Assembly: GCA_964624445.1 (NCBI GenBank)
Contig: CAZUXV010000002.1
Location: forward strand, 3,111 to 67,110
Length of the DNA: 64,000 nt
Direction: 5' to 3'
Source of the DNA: an uncultured Oscillospiraceae bacterium
GTDB taxonomy: Bacteria; Bacillota; Clostridia; Christensenellales; Aristaeellaceae
The notes under the pieces were generated by a model. It ran no database searches, had not been told where the DNA came from, and saw only the letters and a program-made list of their open reading frames with translations. Below, in pieces: positions 10,330-20,356 of this stretch. The translations under genes and the position numbers were made by a program. Each line of letters begins with the position of its first letter. The stretch's first letter is position 1.

Positions 10330-10806
10330 TCAGCTCACCATAACATTATGGAGCTCGCCTACAAGCACCTTCTGGATCGCGGGCATGTAATGCTCACGGA
10401 TGTTCCACTGCCTGTTCTTCCCTACCGCCATAACGATGCGTTCATTCTGGACTTCGAAGTAATCCACGACCATGATCTTCAGGGTGGGGTCATTGCGGAC
10501 AAACTTGTCCATCAGCCGGAGCCAGGGGCCAAGCTCATAGCAGTACAGCTTCAGCGGAGCTTCGGAAATCCTCTCAATCTTTTTGCGGGGATCGAGATTT
10601 TCTCCGGTCTTTTTGTTTACTGCCAGCGGGTAGCTTCTTTCAGACCCGTCGTACCGGTAATAAATCATGAAAAACCGGTTCCCGCTGCGCCTGTTAAACA
10701 GGGATTCGGTGAACTCACTGTACTTATTTTTCATCATTCTGCACATCTCCAATCCAGTCTCTACGTCGCTTTCTACATATGGTACGTTGCTCTCAAATTG
10801 GCACAC
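10330..10806 (-). CDS. Hypothetical protein
   Basis: 158-aa ORF followed by a hairpin at about 10277-10305; start uncertain. Confidence 0.6.
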   Translation of the reverse strand: MCQFESNVPYVESDVETGLEMCRMMKNKYSEFTESLFNRRSGNRFFMIYYRYDGSERSYPLAVNKKTGENLDPRKKIERISEAPLKLYCYELGPWLRLMDKFVRNDPTLKIMVVDYFEVQNERIVMAVGKNRQWNIREHYMPAIQKVLVGELHNVMVS

Positions 10807-10920
10807 TATCTTGTGCCTAATTTATTATGGATACGTTTTTCCGGAAAAGTCAATAGATTTATTGGCTTTTATGCGTAATTTTAGTAGATTTTTTCAGATT
10901 TTTTGCCAATATTGCAAATT

Positions 10921-10955
10921 AAAACGCAAAGATCGGATGATTTCGATCTTTGCGT
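10921..10955 (-). terminator. Terminator at the end of the Tad operon
   Basis: ACGCAAAGATCG/CGATCTTTGCGT stem with a T tail on the minus strand. Confidence 0.7.
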
Positions 10956-10981
10956 GATAGGATCACATTCCATGTTGTCTG

Positions 10982-12907
10982 TCAGTCGCCACCCCAATAT
11001 TCATTGTCTATGCCGGTATCCAATTCTTCATCTCCGACGTGATTTCCCCAGGCCCAATCGTCCATGTCATCGACGCTGTCAAAAAACCGATATATTTTAT
11101 GAACTACCGGACCTGTCCAGCCTCCTCCCGGGTTAAGAATACCACCAACCAAAGGAGATATTCCTACTTCGCCTGTCATGTGAACAAGGTTCATATTGCC
11201 AATGTAGATACACCAGTGGCATTCCATTTTGCCGGACGGCTGATCGAACTGGGCGTCTACATCATATCCAGCGGCTTGATTCACATTCTCCTGTGTGATG
11301 CTTGTTCTTTCGATGGCGGCGAGTGTTGTCAGTTCATCAAGCATATGCGGGAACCAGTTTGGATCCGCCCATACCAAAACGTCTCCGACTCTGAGGTCTG
11401 ACTCATTGATACCATCTGCTTTCTCAACCTGCCATACGCGAGGCCCGCTTGCCTGAGTTTCGGGTTCCATAGCAGCGTATGTATCAATTACTTCGCCAAG
11501 CGTCATTTCTGGCGGAGGAGAATAATTGTATTCAACATAACCACCTGCCTGACCTACAGTTCCTCTTTTTTCGACAAATCTGTATCCCTCAGGGAGGTCT
11601 ACTTGGCCGGATTCGTACTTAAATATATGTCTGGATTTAACTATATGCCAATAGCTATAATATCCAGATTCGGTATTAAAATTTATTCCATTCCCATCGC
11701 TTTTGTCAGAAGCATTCCACCTGAAAGAAGCTTTTGTTTCCAGGGCTGGGTGCATTTTTTCCCATATTTCCGTACAAGATATAGCTCTGGTAAACGTCAC
11801 ACCGCGCACATGCATTTTGTAGGGGAGCTTACTCAAGGCGTCGCTGAACCCTCCAAGGCCGTCAAACTTAAAGCATGCTGAAACAAAGTGATAACAGCTC
11901 TTGAGCTTGTTCATATAATTTATGCTGTCTGGTCCGAACTCACCTTTGCTGACATCGTAACCTCCCACAAAAGCGCTTTCTGTCTGGGACTTGTCTGACA
12001 AAAGCATAGGGAGCTGCGGCCATTGAATCGTATCTGCCGGAATATAATATCCATCGCCAAACGCGCGTCTTGCCTCAAACAGGATTTTCTGACGGATGGA
12101 ATTATACCGGACGAGTTTTTTGTTTTCCGGGTTCCTTTCTTCTTCCGTAGCCATACACTCTTCATATGCGAGCGCTTCCAGCTGCGCGACTTCATTAACA
12201 TTGTTCTCATCTGGCGGAATTCTGCTGTTATACGGAACAGACGAAATGGTCAATGAGGTTGCTGATCTTGTTTTTTCGGTCAACTGGCCAAGGAACGGTA
12301 TATTGCACCTTGCAGTGACAGATACAGTCACTGTTTTATCTTTATAACATGGGCCCTCATATGGAACATATTTATATCCTATCTGAGATTGTGTTACCTG
12401 GTAGCTATCAATTCCGGCATATTGCGGCTTCAAATCGCCGTTGCCATCGTACATATTTGATGCTCCACCCTTTACGAGATTGTTAGTAGAAAACATGTTT
12501 TGCAGTTTGTTATCCCATTTGGGTGTTTTAACTGTTCCCTGCATAATTTTCGCCCGCGGCAGAAGGTATTTCAGTTCCTCTGAAGTGAGTGGAGCGGTGG
12601 TTGCACTGTTCGGGCCGTCTATAGTATATCCAAGAAGCTCAACACCGTTATTGTATTCGGAGTTTGCGTCAAACAGTTTCTTCATAACCGCCTTCATCGC
12701 GGGCTCGTACATATCCATATTGTTTTGTGCGTAGGAAGTGGAGCCGTCAACAATAATATCCGCCAGAATCTGTGTCTGAATTTCTGAGTTATAGCTTCCG
12801 AAGAGCACACCTGTACCTACAAGGAGACCTGCTGCCATAATCGTGATAAAAACAGCAAGAATTATACTTCCTGACCCCGCTCGCCAGCTTATTTTACTAT
12901 CCCTCGT
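10982..12907 (-). CDS. TadG-like pilin-type protein with a C-terminal NlpC/P60-like domain
   Basis: The in-frame extension upstream of ATG 12838 gives the prepilin-like leader SWRAGSGSIILAVF; C-terminal ILFEARRAFG..Y, SCYHFVS, LRVGDVLVW, HWCIYIG..LVH. The start at 12907 (ACG) is inferred. Confidence 0.6.
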   Translation of the reverse strand, partial: TRDSKISWRAGSGSIILAVFITIMAAGLLVGTGVLFGSYNSEIQTQILADIIVDGSTSYAQNNMDMYEPAMKAVMKKLFDANSEYNNGVELLGYTIDGPNSATTAPLTSEELKYLLPRAKIMQGTVKTPKWDNKLQNMFSTNNLVKGGASNMYDGNGDLKPQYAGIDSYQVTQSQIGYKYVPYEGPCYKDKTVTVSVTARCNIPFLGQLTEKTRSATSLTISSVPYNSRIPPDENNVNEVAQLEALAYEECMATEEERNPENKKLVRYNSIRQKILFEARRAFGDGYYIPADTIQWPQLPMLLSDKSQTESAFVGGYDVSKGEFGPDSINYMNKLKSCYHFVSACFKFDGLGGFSDALSKLPYKMHVRGVTFTRAISCTEIWEKMHPALETKASFRWNASDKSDGNGINFNTESGYYSYWHIVKSRHIFKYESGQVDLPEGYRFVEKRGTVGQAGGYVEYNYSPPPEMTLGEVIDTYAAMEPETQASGPRVWQVEKADGINESDLRVGDVLVWADPNWFPHMLDELTTLAAIERTSITQENVNQAAGYDVDAQFDQPSGKMECHWCIYIGNMNLVHMTGEVGISPLVGGILNPGGGWTGPVVHKIYRFFDSVDDMDDWAWGNHVGDEELDTGIDNEYWGGD

Positions 12908-12908
12908 A

Positions 12909-13334
12909 TTAATCGCCTCCCCACTTCGAGTGCTCGATCATCATGGCGACGTATCTTGTATGCACTCCCGACTGAATACCAAGGAAAGTCGAGATTTTCT
13001 GCTCTACCGCGATTTCAATCACATTTCCTTTAAGCCATGCCGCGTGTTCCGGTGTAATGTGCACCTGTACATTTGAACCTTCCGGGTATATCTGGCTTAA
13101 CCTTTTCCCTGCGCTTTCCACCGCGGTGTCATAATCATATGAAATTACTGCCTGTCGTCCGCATGAATATGCTGCAAAAATTAACTTTTGTTCACACATG
13201 GCTATCTGGAATATGTTTATGAGAAAAAGAATGATCACAAAGATCATCGGCAACACAACAGCCGCGCCAATGAACTCTCCTGAGCCTTTTCTGAAAGACA
13301 ATCGTTTGCTCTTTTCGTTCACCAGGTTTTCCAT
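12909..13334 (-). CDS. TadE-like pseudopilin
   Basis: FRKGSGEFIGAAVVLPMIF hydrophobic helix, AAYSCGRQA motif, Tad locus. Confidence 0.8.
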   Translation of the reverse strand: MENLVNEKSKRLSFRKGSGEFIGAAVVLPMIFVIILFLINIFQIAMCEQKLIFAAYSCGRQAVISYDYDTAVESAGKRLSQIYPEGSNVQVHITPEHAAWLKGNVIEIAVEQKISTFLGIQSGVHTRYVAMMIEHSKWGGD

Positions 13335-13732
13335 TCCAGTGTCTCTCCTTCAATCATCATGGTCAGCTCGCGGTGCATGTCTCTGAATCCGTTGATAAAC
13401 TGGTAAGCATCCGGGAATTCCTGGCTTACGTTGATTTTGAACAGATTACCTTTTTCCCATTTATCCCCGTCGACAATCTTGATTTCCATTTCATAAGGCA
13501 TTTCCCGGCACATAGCTTTCATAACCGCGTCAGCACGCTGCTTGGCGAGGTCTTCAGTTTGCGCGAGAGCCGCTGCCCGGCCGGCACAGTATGCTGTTAC
13601 CGTGAGTTGTTCAGACTTCATAGTAAAGGAAGCAAACGTCATAATCGCGACGCACATCAACAGGAATAAAGCAAGAGAAGCGGCGAAACCGATCAGTTCG
13701 CCGTTTCCTTTGCGCCAGTTCAATTTTTTCAT
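13319..13732 (-). CDS. TadE-like pseudopilin
   Basis: WRKGNGELIGFAASLALF, TAYCAGRAA; paralogue of the adjacent gene. Confidence 0.8.
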   Translation of the reverse strand: MKKLNWRKGNGELIGFAASLALFLLMCVAIMTFASFTMKSEQLTVTAYCAGRAAALAQTEDLAKQRADAVMKAMCREMPYEMEIKIVDGDKWEKGNLFKINVSQEFPDAYQFINGFRDMHRELTMMIEGETLEWKTW

Positions 13733-13750
13733 GCTTTTTCACACATCCAA

Positions 13751-14221
13751 TCAGATTCCGTATATGAGTGTTGCTGCAATAAACCCTGCAGCAAGAAACG
13801 GAGCAAGCACGATGGTACTCCCCTTCCCCTTTACAAGTTCCGGATTGAATGATCTAAGGGCAGTCAGACCATTCATAATTCCGAGTTTCGTTTCCTGCGG
13901 GTTTGCAATGTAGGAATAAGCAAGCATACCGAGATTCCCGACTACGACTGCAGTAGCAGCTTTAAGTATTCCGGAAAGCAGAATCAGCATCATGATCAGC
14001 TTCGCGTCGCCTCCGCCGATGAAGCCTTTGTACACAAAGAACAAAAGAATTACCAGCGCGAGCCTCAGCAGGAACTCCCATACGCCATAGACAAACGGTA
14101 CTGCAAGAGCAAGTGCAAGCCCGGGGTAAAAGACCTGGTTATACACTTTGCTCATCTTGATATCCGTGTAAGCTGATATGCAGAGCACTGCAAGGCAATA
14201 AACCATAAATACAATCTGCAT
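13751..14221 (-). CDS. cpaA: A24 prepilin peptidase (TadV/CpaA)
   Basis: Multi-TM protein with catalytic aspartates in AYTDIK and GGGDAKL, and LAPFL near the C-terminus. Confidence 0.9.
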   Translation of the reverse strand: MQIVFMVYCLAVLCISAYTDIKMSKVYNQVFYPGLALALAVPFVYGVWEFLLRLALVILLFFVYKGFIGGGDAKLIMMLILLSGILKAATAVVVGNLGMLAYSYIANPQETKLGIMNGLTALRSFNPELVKGKGSTIVLAPFLAAGFIAATLIYGI

Positions 14222-14241
14222 CTGTTCTGCCTCCTGTGATC

Positions 14242-14436
14242 TTACTTCCAGCCGTCCACTTTATCCAGATTGATTTTTTCAGACGCCTCTGAAATTTTGG
14301 AGCCGGTGGACACGTAAAGGTTGTAAACGGCAATCGCCAGAATACCTACGGCCACAATGATGACAGCAACCTGGATAAACTCCATGCCATCCTCGTCGTT
14401 GATAAACGCCTTGATCCGTTTCATCAGATTTTTCAT
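14242..14436 (-). CDS. flp: Flp-type (type IVc) major pilin
   Basis: 64 aa; FINDEDG cleavage-type leader followed by MEFIQVAVIIVAVGILAIAVY. Confidence 0.85.
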   Translation of the reverse strand: MKNLMKRIKAFINDEDGMEFIQVAVIIVAVGILAIAVYNLYVSTGSKISEASEKINLDKVDGWK

Positions 14437-14517
14437 AATTATCTTCCTTTCTTTTTTCTGGGTTATTGTTTGTGTGACAGTTATCTGCCCTCGCCAAAAT
14501 ATTACTTGTTTTGAGTA

Positions 14518-15432
14518 TTAAATTCCGAGTCCGTTGTTGATTATTTGATAAACAAGCGGATACCCGACAATAAAAACAAGCGGCGCCAGCTTAAACACTG
14601 CAACCGGAAGCAAGATAGAGGAATTCAGCTTATTTGCGTTTTCTTCCGCGTACACAAGAGATGTTTTTCTTGCGTCCTCCGCCTGCCTTGAAACCACATC
14701 GTAGATATTCAACCCTTTTTCATAACCGTTAATCAGGTACTGGACAAAATCAGACAGCATATCCACATCGTAAGTGACAGCAAGATCCTGCAATGCCTGT
14801 TGCCAGCTCATAGATCCCATTTGCGATTCTGCAATGGATGCAATCAGTTCTTTTGCTATGTATGTGTTTTTTAGTCTTTTCGCTGTTTCTATGATCGCAT
14901 CGCTTACCGGGATATCAATATACAATGCTGTCTGGAGCAGATCCAGAAAACGCGGCATCTCCATCTCAATACGCCTTTTTTTTGCGTTTGCCTCTTTTTT
15001 GACGCGCTCAACATCTCCCATGTAAAGCAGATATCCGACAGCTGTAACAATCATAGCCATGACTGCTCCTGAAAGGCCCGCGATAGCAAACAGGAGGACT
15101 CCAAACAGCATGACCATGACGCCGATGTACTTATCCGCAGCCAGCTTTTTCAGATTTGGTTCTTTTTTCTTCAGCACACCGCAGTTCTTTTTATACTCCT
15201 GTACGTTTACGCCGAGTTTAATAAGCGCCTCTTCGGGTTTTTTCTTTGTCATACAATCATAAAGCTTTTCATCCCAGTTCGTAAAAAGCCATTCGTTCTC
15301 CGGCCTTTGGATCCGGGCCATTTTATTGTCACGCTCATCCTTTAACACAGCGAACAATATAACAGCAAAGAAAACAGCCAGACCAAACGCAAGGGCGATC
15401 AGCTGGGGCGTTGTCGCAATGAAACTGCTCAT
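14518..15432 (-). CDS. tadC: TadC-like (T2SS F family) membrane platform protein
   Basis: TM helices, EMPRFLDLL, second of two F-family genes after the ATPase. Confidence 0.8.
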   Translation of the reverse strand: MSSFIATTPQLIALAFGLAVFFAVILFAVLKDERDNKMARIQRPENEWLFTNWDEKLYDCMTKKKPEEALIKLGVNVQEYKKNCGVLKKKEPNLKKLAADKYIGVMVMLFGVLLFAIAGLSGAVMAMIVTAVGYLLYMGDVERVKKEANAKKRRIEMEMPRFLDLLQTALYIDIPVSDAIIETAKRLKNTYIAKELIASIAESQMGSMSWQQALQDLAVTYDVDMLSDFVQYLINGYEKGLNIYDVVSRQAEDARKTSLVYAEENANKLNSSILLPVAVFKLAPLVFIVGYPLVYQIINNGLGI

Positions 15433-15434
15433 AC

Positions 15435-16319
15435 TTATTCCCCCTTTGCCCGCTGTATTGTTTTGCGGATAACGATTGATCCAACCAAAGAAAAGATCAG
15501 CATAAACACCACAATAAGCATTGCCCCAATATCCTCTATGACCGGGCCAACAAGGTCCGGAAGGCCTACATACATTACAATAACCGCGACAAAAGGCAGG
15601 ATATCAAACAGTTTCATCATAAAGTCCGTGGAAGCGAATATTGAACGGATCTTTTTCTTGGTCATCAGCCTGTCTTCAATATTTACCGCGATAGATTCAA
15701 TGACTTTCGCTTCACTGCCGCCGACCGCCGATTGCATGGAGATAGCGGAGGCTACATCCCTTGCGTCATCGTTGTCCGCCTTTTCAGCGAACGAATCAAA
15801 AGCGTCTTCTATACTGATACCGACCCGCAGATCCGCGTCGATCTGACGGAAACCTTCCCGAATTTCTTCGGCAACGAACGGATTAACCATTACCTCACGT
15901 ATGGACTGCTGTATACTGAGGCCGGCTTTCATTCCGGACGAAAAAGACTTAAGTGCTCTGACATACTTTTCTTCGTACTTCTTTTTACGCATGTCAATAA
16001 TCGTTCTGATAACAAAATCCGGGAGTACAGCACCAAAAACAGCCAGAAACGTTGCGAATATCTTGTTTGGGAATATCAGCCAGAACGCGATGCCAAACAC
16101 AACAGGCGACAGGCATGTCAGCATCAGGTATGTTCGGATGGTCAGCTTGGGCATGTTTGTCTCAAGCAGTTGCCTTCTGCTTTCTATGAATTCGGTTATA
16201 CTGTCTTTGTCGCTTTCGTTCAGAGCGTTTTTGTCTTCCATGATTCTGAGGATAAACACAAAAGCGATACACAGCGCAATGCCGATCATCAGAAGGTATA
16301 TAAACGAGAATTCGCCCAT
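15435..16319 (-). CDS. tadB: TadB-like membrane platform protein
   Basis: SSGMKAGLSIQQS, GISIEDAF, QSAVGG motifs and TM helices. Confidence 0.85.
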   Translation of the reverse strand: MGEFSFIYLLMIGIALCIAFVFILRIMEDKNALNESDKDSITEFIESRRQLLETNMPKLTIRTYLMLTCLSPVVFGIAFWLIFPNKIFATFLAVFGAVLPDFVIRTIIDMRKKKYEEKYVRALKSFSSGMKAGLSIQQSIREVMVNPFVAEEIREGFRQIDADLRVGISIEDAFDSFAEKADNDDARDVASAISMQSAVGGSEAKVIESIAVNIEDRLMTKKKIRSIFASTDFMMKLFDILPFVAVIVMYVGLPDLVGPVIEDIGAMLIVVFMLIFSLVGSIVIRKTIQRAKGE

Positions 16320-16325
16320 ATCGTA

Positions 16326-17684
16326 TCACTCCTCAGTATCTGTAAAGAACTCGCTTGAAATATCAATGCCTTTTATATGCAGCTTTTCGAGCAGCTTTTC
16401 AGGGACATAACCGGTTGCCTTATGCCGTTCATGCTCTTCGTCATAGACAAATATATCGTTTATGATGACATTGTATTCGTCATCAAGCCCTGTCACTTCT
16501 GTGATATGCGAGATCACCCTTCGGCCGTTACGAAGTCTGGTGATCTGCACCAGCAGCTGCAGAGCTTCTGTAATCTGTATAGCCTGCGCCTGCTCTGAAA
16601 AAGACATCTGCCGGCTCATACCGTACAGGATCGGAAGACGGGAAACAACCAGGTTACGCGGGCTGTTGGCATGGACCGTGCTCATAGATCCTTCATGGCC
16701 CGTACTCATGGCGGTCATCATATCGATAACCGTATGGTCACGGATTTCACCGACAATCAGCCTGTCAGGTCTCATACGAAGGGCGTTCCGCACAAGATCC
16801 TGGATGGTCACGTCATTCAGCCTCTCTCCATGACCCGTGGCTGTGCTGAGCCGGGCTTCCATACGGCGGACATTCCTTTGATGCAGATTCAGTTCGCATG
16901 AGTCTTCAACCGTAATTACAAGCTCTTCTTCGGGAATATAATTGCTCAACATATTCAAAAGCGTTGTCTTGCCTCCGCCCGTGCCTCCGAGTATAAGCAT
17001 CGAAAGACGGCCTTCCACGGCCTTCGCAAGGAAATAAAGCATCTTTTCGTTCAGCGAGCCGAGCCTCAGATAGTCTTTGCCCGTCATTGCGGAATCGGAG
17101 AACTTACGGATTGTAAGCGTTGCGCCGTCAGGCGATACTGGAGGTATCGTTGCGTTAACACGGGATCCGTTCGGAAGTCTCGCGTCCACCATAGGCGACT
17201 GAATATTGATGGCGCGTCCGACAGACTGTACGATCCGGTTTATAATATTCCGCAGGTGCTCCTCGTTCATGAACGCCGCGTTTACCTTCTCGATCAGGCC
17301 GTTTCGCTCAATCACGATATTGTCGTATCTCTGGACTACAATTTCCGTAACTTCCGGATCCTGCATATAAGGCGTAATAACGCCCAGGCCGACAATGTTT
17401 GCCATGACCAGGCGCTCAATACGCTTCTTCGATTCATAGCTTACGTCTTCGAGTTTTTGGCAAAGGTCAACAACCGTTTTGCGGATCTCAACATTCAGTT
17501 CTTCCGGGATTTCAAGGCTTGCCTTGGCGATTTCATCCCTGTATTTCTCGGAGATTTTCTTCAGAATGATCTGGACATGCGAAGCTTCTATTTCAGTAGT
17601 TCGCATATCCTCGCTTTCGACTTTGCTTTCAATCTCGCGTTTTTCTTCTTTTTCACGGCGAAAGAGCTCTTTCAGTTGAGGCAT
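16326..17684 (-). CDS. tadA: TadA/CpaF pilus assembly ATPase
   Basis: PMVDARLPNGSRVNA, LTIRKF, GGTGGGKTT, VEDSCEL, ALRMRPDRLIVGEIR, TGHEGSMSTVHANS. Confidence 0.95.
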   Translation of the reverse strand: MPQLKELFRREKEEKREIESKVESEDMRTTEIEASHVQIILKKISEKYRDEIAKASLEIPEELNVEIRKTVVDLCQKLEDVSYESKKRIERLVMANIVGLGVITPYMQDPEVTEIVVQRYDNIVIERNGLIEKVNAAFMNEEHLRNIINRIVQSVGRAINIQSPMVDARLPNGSRVNATIPPVSPDGATLTIRKFSDSAMTGKDYLRLGSLNEKMLYFLAKAVEGRLSMLILGGTGGGKTTLLNMLSNYIPEEELVITVEDSCELNLHQRNVRRMEARLSTATGHGERLNDVTIQDLVRNALRMRPDRLIVGEIRDHTVIDMMTAMSTGHEGSMSTVHANSPRNLVVSRLPILYGMSRQMSFSEQAQAIQITEALQLLVQITRLRNGRRVISHITEVTGLDDEYNVIINDIFVYDEEHERHKATGYVPEKLLEKLHIKGIDISSEFFTDTEE

Positions 17685-17696
17685 TGTTTTCTCTCC

Positions 17697-19217
17697 TTAT
17701 CTGCGGCGGAACAAACCCTTCTTTTCCGGCTTGGGATCAGTGCCCTTGTTCTTCAGAAGGTAGAGGATAATGTTACGGAGATCTTCGGTGAAGGGATTCT
17801 TGGGCTTGAGCACAAGCGGGGAAGCATAATTGTTTGCATGAATCACGGCGCTGTTCTCGTGAATCCGGCCAACGCATTCATAGCCTTCGAAATAGCTTTC
17901 GATCTCCCCCACCGAAACGCCGGACTTATGCTTGCTGGTGACGTTATTGATAATGATCCGGAACTTGGTCATATCCATACCGGTATGCTTAAGTGAGCGC
18001 AGAACGGAATCATTCCGCGTGGCGGTCGTTACGTCCTGGGTACAGACAAGGAATACCGTATCTGACGCTTCAAGCGCACAGTACGAACTGTCGGATGTGT
18101 TATCCGCGGTATCGCAGATCACGAAATCAAAGCCGCCATACTTAATAATGTTATTCAGCATGACACGGATTTCATTGGTTTCGATAAACTGTGCGTTCTC
18201 ATGAAGCTGTGGGGCAAGAAGCACATAGAGTCCGGTCTTATCGTGATAAGGCTCAAGGTAACGGAAGATCTGTTCGCGGGTAAAGGTGATATCATCCGGG
18301 TTCGCGTGATGGAGCAGCTGCTGGTGGATATCCTCCGCCCAAATGCCCATATCAACCAGCTTATCCCCCTTGAATCCGAGCAGTGTACGAACATCGCCGC
18401 TCTCAATGTTGTAGTCCACAAGGCAAACCTTATACTTATCCCTGCCGTGGTCCATCATGGAAAGATAAAGCGCGATATTCGTGCTGAGCGTACTCTTGCC
18501 TACGCCGCCCTTTGCGGAATACACAGAGATTACACGCGTCTTGTTTTCTTCCTCATAGCGCGGAGGACGAATCGGCTCCTCATATTCAGAGGCGGAAGTC
18601 ATCTGGAATTCCTTTACACGGTCTTCGGACTTTACCGCCTGACGCGCAAAGAGGCCGGGGCCTTTGTCAGCGGAGGGTTCCATACGCCGAGGTTCTTCTG
18701 CGGTGATCTCAGGCTTGGGTTCAGCGGGTTTCTCAACCGGGCGCTCGGAAGCCTGGATGCTCTTCAGGGCATCCGCGGAATTCATAGAGACTTCTTCCTC
18801 TTCGTCGTCTTCCGAAGAAGAGACGGTCTTCGGCTCTTCCACAACCGGGGCCGGCTCTGTCGTTGCCCGTCCCTGGCTGACCCGTTCGATGATCTGGAGA
18901 AGGTCTTCCGCCTTACGCGCGATGCCGAGATAAGGCAGCTTGTACCGGTCAAAGTTATCCATCTGCTTTTTATCTGACGCATAGCCGTACACCTTCACGC
19001 CGCTAAAACTCCTGGGCGTGCAGATTTCCCCAAGCATATCATGCTCGACAAGCACGAAATCATAGTATTTACCCTGAGTGTAACGCTTCAGGTCTTCCGC
19101 GTTATCCGGAGCGCAGGAAGTGACCTCGTACTGGTCTTCCATGTCTTCGATCATGATCTGCATTTTCAGGCCTTCGCCAATCATGCGTCTTCCATCAACA
19201 ACCAAAATCTTTTTCAT
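17697..19217 (-). CDS. cpaE: TadZ/CpaE-like protein (degenerate receiver domain, acidic linker, MinD-type ATPase)
   Basis: KKILVVD N-terminus; YSAKGGVGKST, VCLVD, FDFVICD; C-terminal KKGLFRRR. Confidence 0.85.
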   Translation of the reverse strand: MKKILVVDGRRMIGEGLKMQIMIEDMEDQYEVTSCAPDNAEDLKRYTQGKYYDFVLVEHDMLGEICTPRSFSGVKVYGYASDKKQMDNFDRYKLPYLGIARKAEDLLQIIERVSQGRATTEPAPVVEEPKTVSSSEDDEEEEVSMNSADALKSIQASERPVEKPAEPKPEITAEEPRRMEPSADKGPGLFARQAVKSEDRVKEFQMTSASEYEEPIRPPRYEEENKTRVISVYSAKGGVGKSTLSTNIALYLSMMDHGRDKYKVCLVDYNIESGDVRTLLGFKGDKLVDMGIWAEDIHQQLLHHANPDDITFTREQIFRYLEPYHDKTGLYVLLAPQLHENAQFIETNEIRVMLNNIIKYGGFDFVICDTADNTSDSSYCALEASDTVFLVCTQDVTTATRNDSVLRSLKHTGMDMTKFRIIINNVTSKHKSGVSVGEIESYFEGYECVGRIHENSAVIHANNYASPLVLKPKNPFTEDLRNIILYLLKNKGTDPKPEKKGLFRRR

Positions 19218-19279
19218 ACGCTGTTTTGCCCAGTATAAACTGGTATCTCCTTTCAGATATCCGGTCGATCAATAGAATG

Positions 19280-20089
19280 TTAAGGGGCGATTACGTCTGA
19301 GGGGACTGTTTCATTTGTAGCAGATTCTTCCTCTTCAGGATTGAGAATTGGATTCAGCGGATCTTCCGCCTCAAGCTTTGACTGCTCTTCCTCTTCCTGC
19401 TTCTGCTGATCCGGGTTGACAAGGATATCGCTTGTGCCGCTCTCATACTGGTAACCGCTTTCATTGATCAGACCGAGATGCACAGAACCGTTTCTTGTAG
19501 AGTTAATCAGCTTAACCGCCTGCTCATTATCGACTTCAAGCGTTACGTTTGCCAGTGAACCGTTGCTGTTCCTGGTGATTTCCAGCACACGCATGTTCTC
19601 AAACAGCAGAAATGTGTTGCCGGAATATGCTGTCACATACACATTCACAGAGGCGCCGCTGTACAGCTTCTGTGTAACGCCGGTTGTGTTGTCCACATTG
19701 ATTGTGACGGCGACCTTGGAAGGTGACATTGACATTACAATGCTGTTTCCGCCGGAGATGGAAAGCAGCGAACGCATAAGCGGCGTTCCCTCGCCTACGC
19801 TGACCTTCAGCGAATCGCCGCTCTCCAGAAGCGCCCGCAGATCTTCGGAGGTCACCATGCGTTCATTGACGTTTGCCTTCCTGCCCGCGATCACGATAGA
19901 TGAGTCTACCTGCACCGGGATCAGCATATCGGAGGTGATTTGTGTTCCTATTGAATAGGCGCTTTTGAACACATAAATCGTGGCTCTCCGCGGCGAAAGG
20001 AAAGAGACAATGCCAACGCTGGCAAGAACGGCCATCACAATGGCGACGGCAAGAATGGTAATTATCTTGTAATTCTTTTTCATCTTCAA
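19280..20089 (-). CDS. cpaB: CpaB/RcpC-like (SAF domain) pilus assembly protein
   Basis: N-terminal TM, IGTQITSDML SAF-like segment, VAVTINVD, LFENMRVL, VTLEV. Confidence 0.8.
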   Translation of the reverse strand: MKMKKNYKIITILAVAIVMAVLASVGIVSFLSPRRATIYVFKSAYSIGTQITSDMLIPVQVDSSIVIAGRKANVNERMVTSEDLRALLESGDSLKVSVGEGTPLMRSLLSISGGNSIVMSMSPSKVAVTINVDNTTGVTQKLYSGASVNVYVTAYSGNTFLLFENMRVLEITRNSNGSLANVTLEVDNEQAVKLINSTRNGSVHLGLINESGYQYESGTSDILVNPDQQKQEEEEQSKLEAEDPLNPILNPEEEESATNETVPSDVIAP

Positions 20090-20356
20090 TCACGCTCGCT
20101 TCCGTAATAAGAGTTTCATCCTAAATATTATTTGAAATCGCATAAAAAAAGCGCGATTTTGGTTTTCACAAAAAATATTTTCAGCGGGCGATTTATTTTG
20201 CTATCCTGCGTAGCTTTTACGAAATAAGAAGTGCCGGAAACTGAGCTATGCCAGGTTTATCAAAGTAAAACAAAAGGGGCCAAGATATCCTGACCCCTGA
20301 AACCCTTTATTCCAAAAAATTTTTTCCGAGAACTTTTTTTCCGGTTCCCCAGCTGC

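Noticed and set aside
10982..13334. Two adjacent Tad genes both end in WGGD
   Set aside because: In the upstream gene this is imposed by the embedded GGAGG ribosome-binding site; too short to support a shared function
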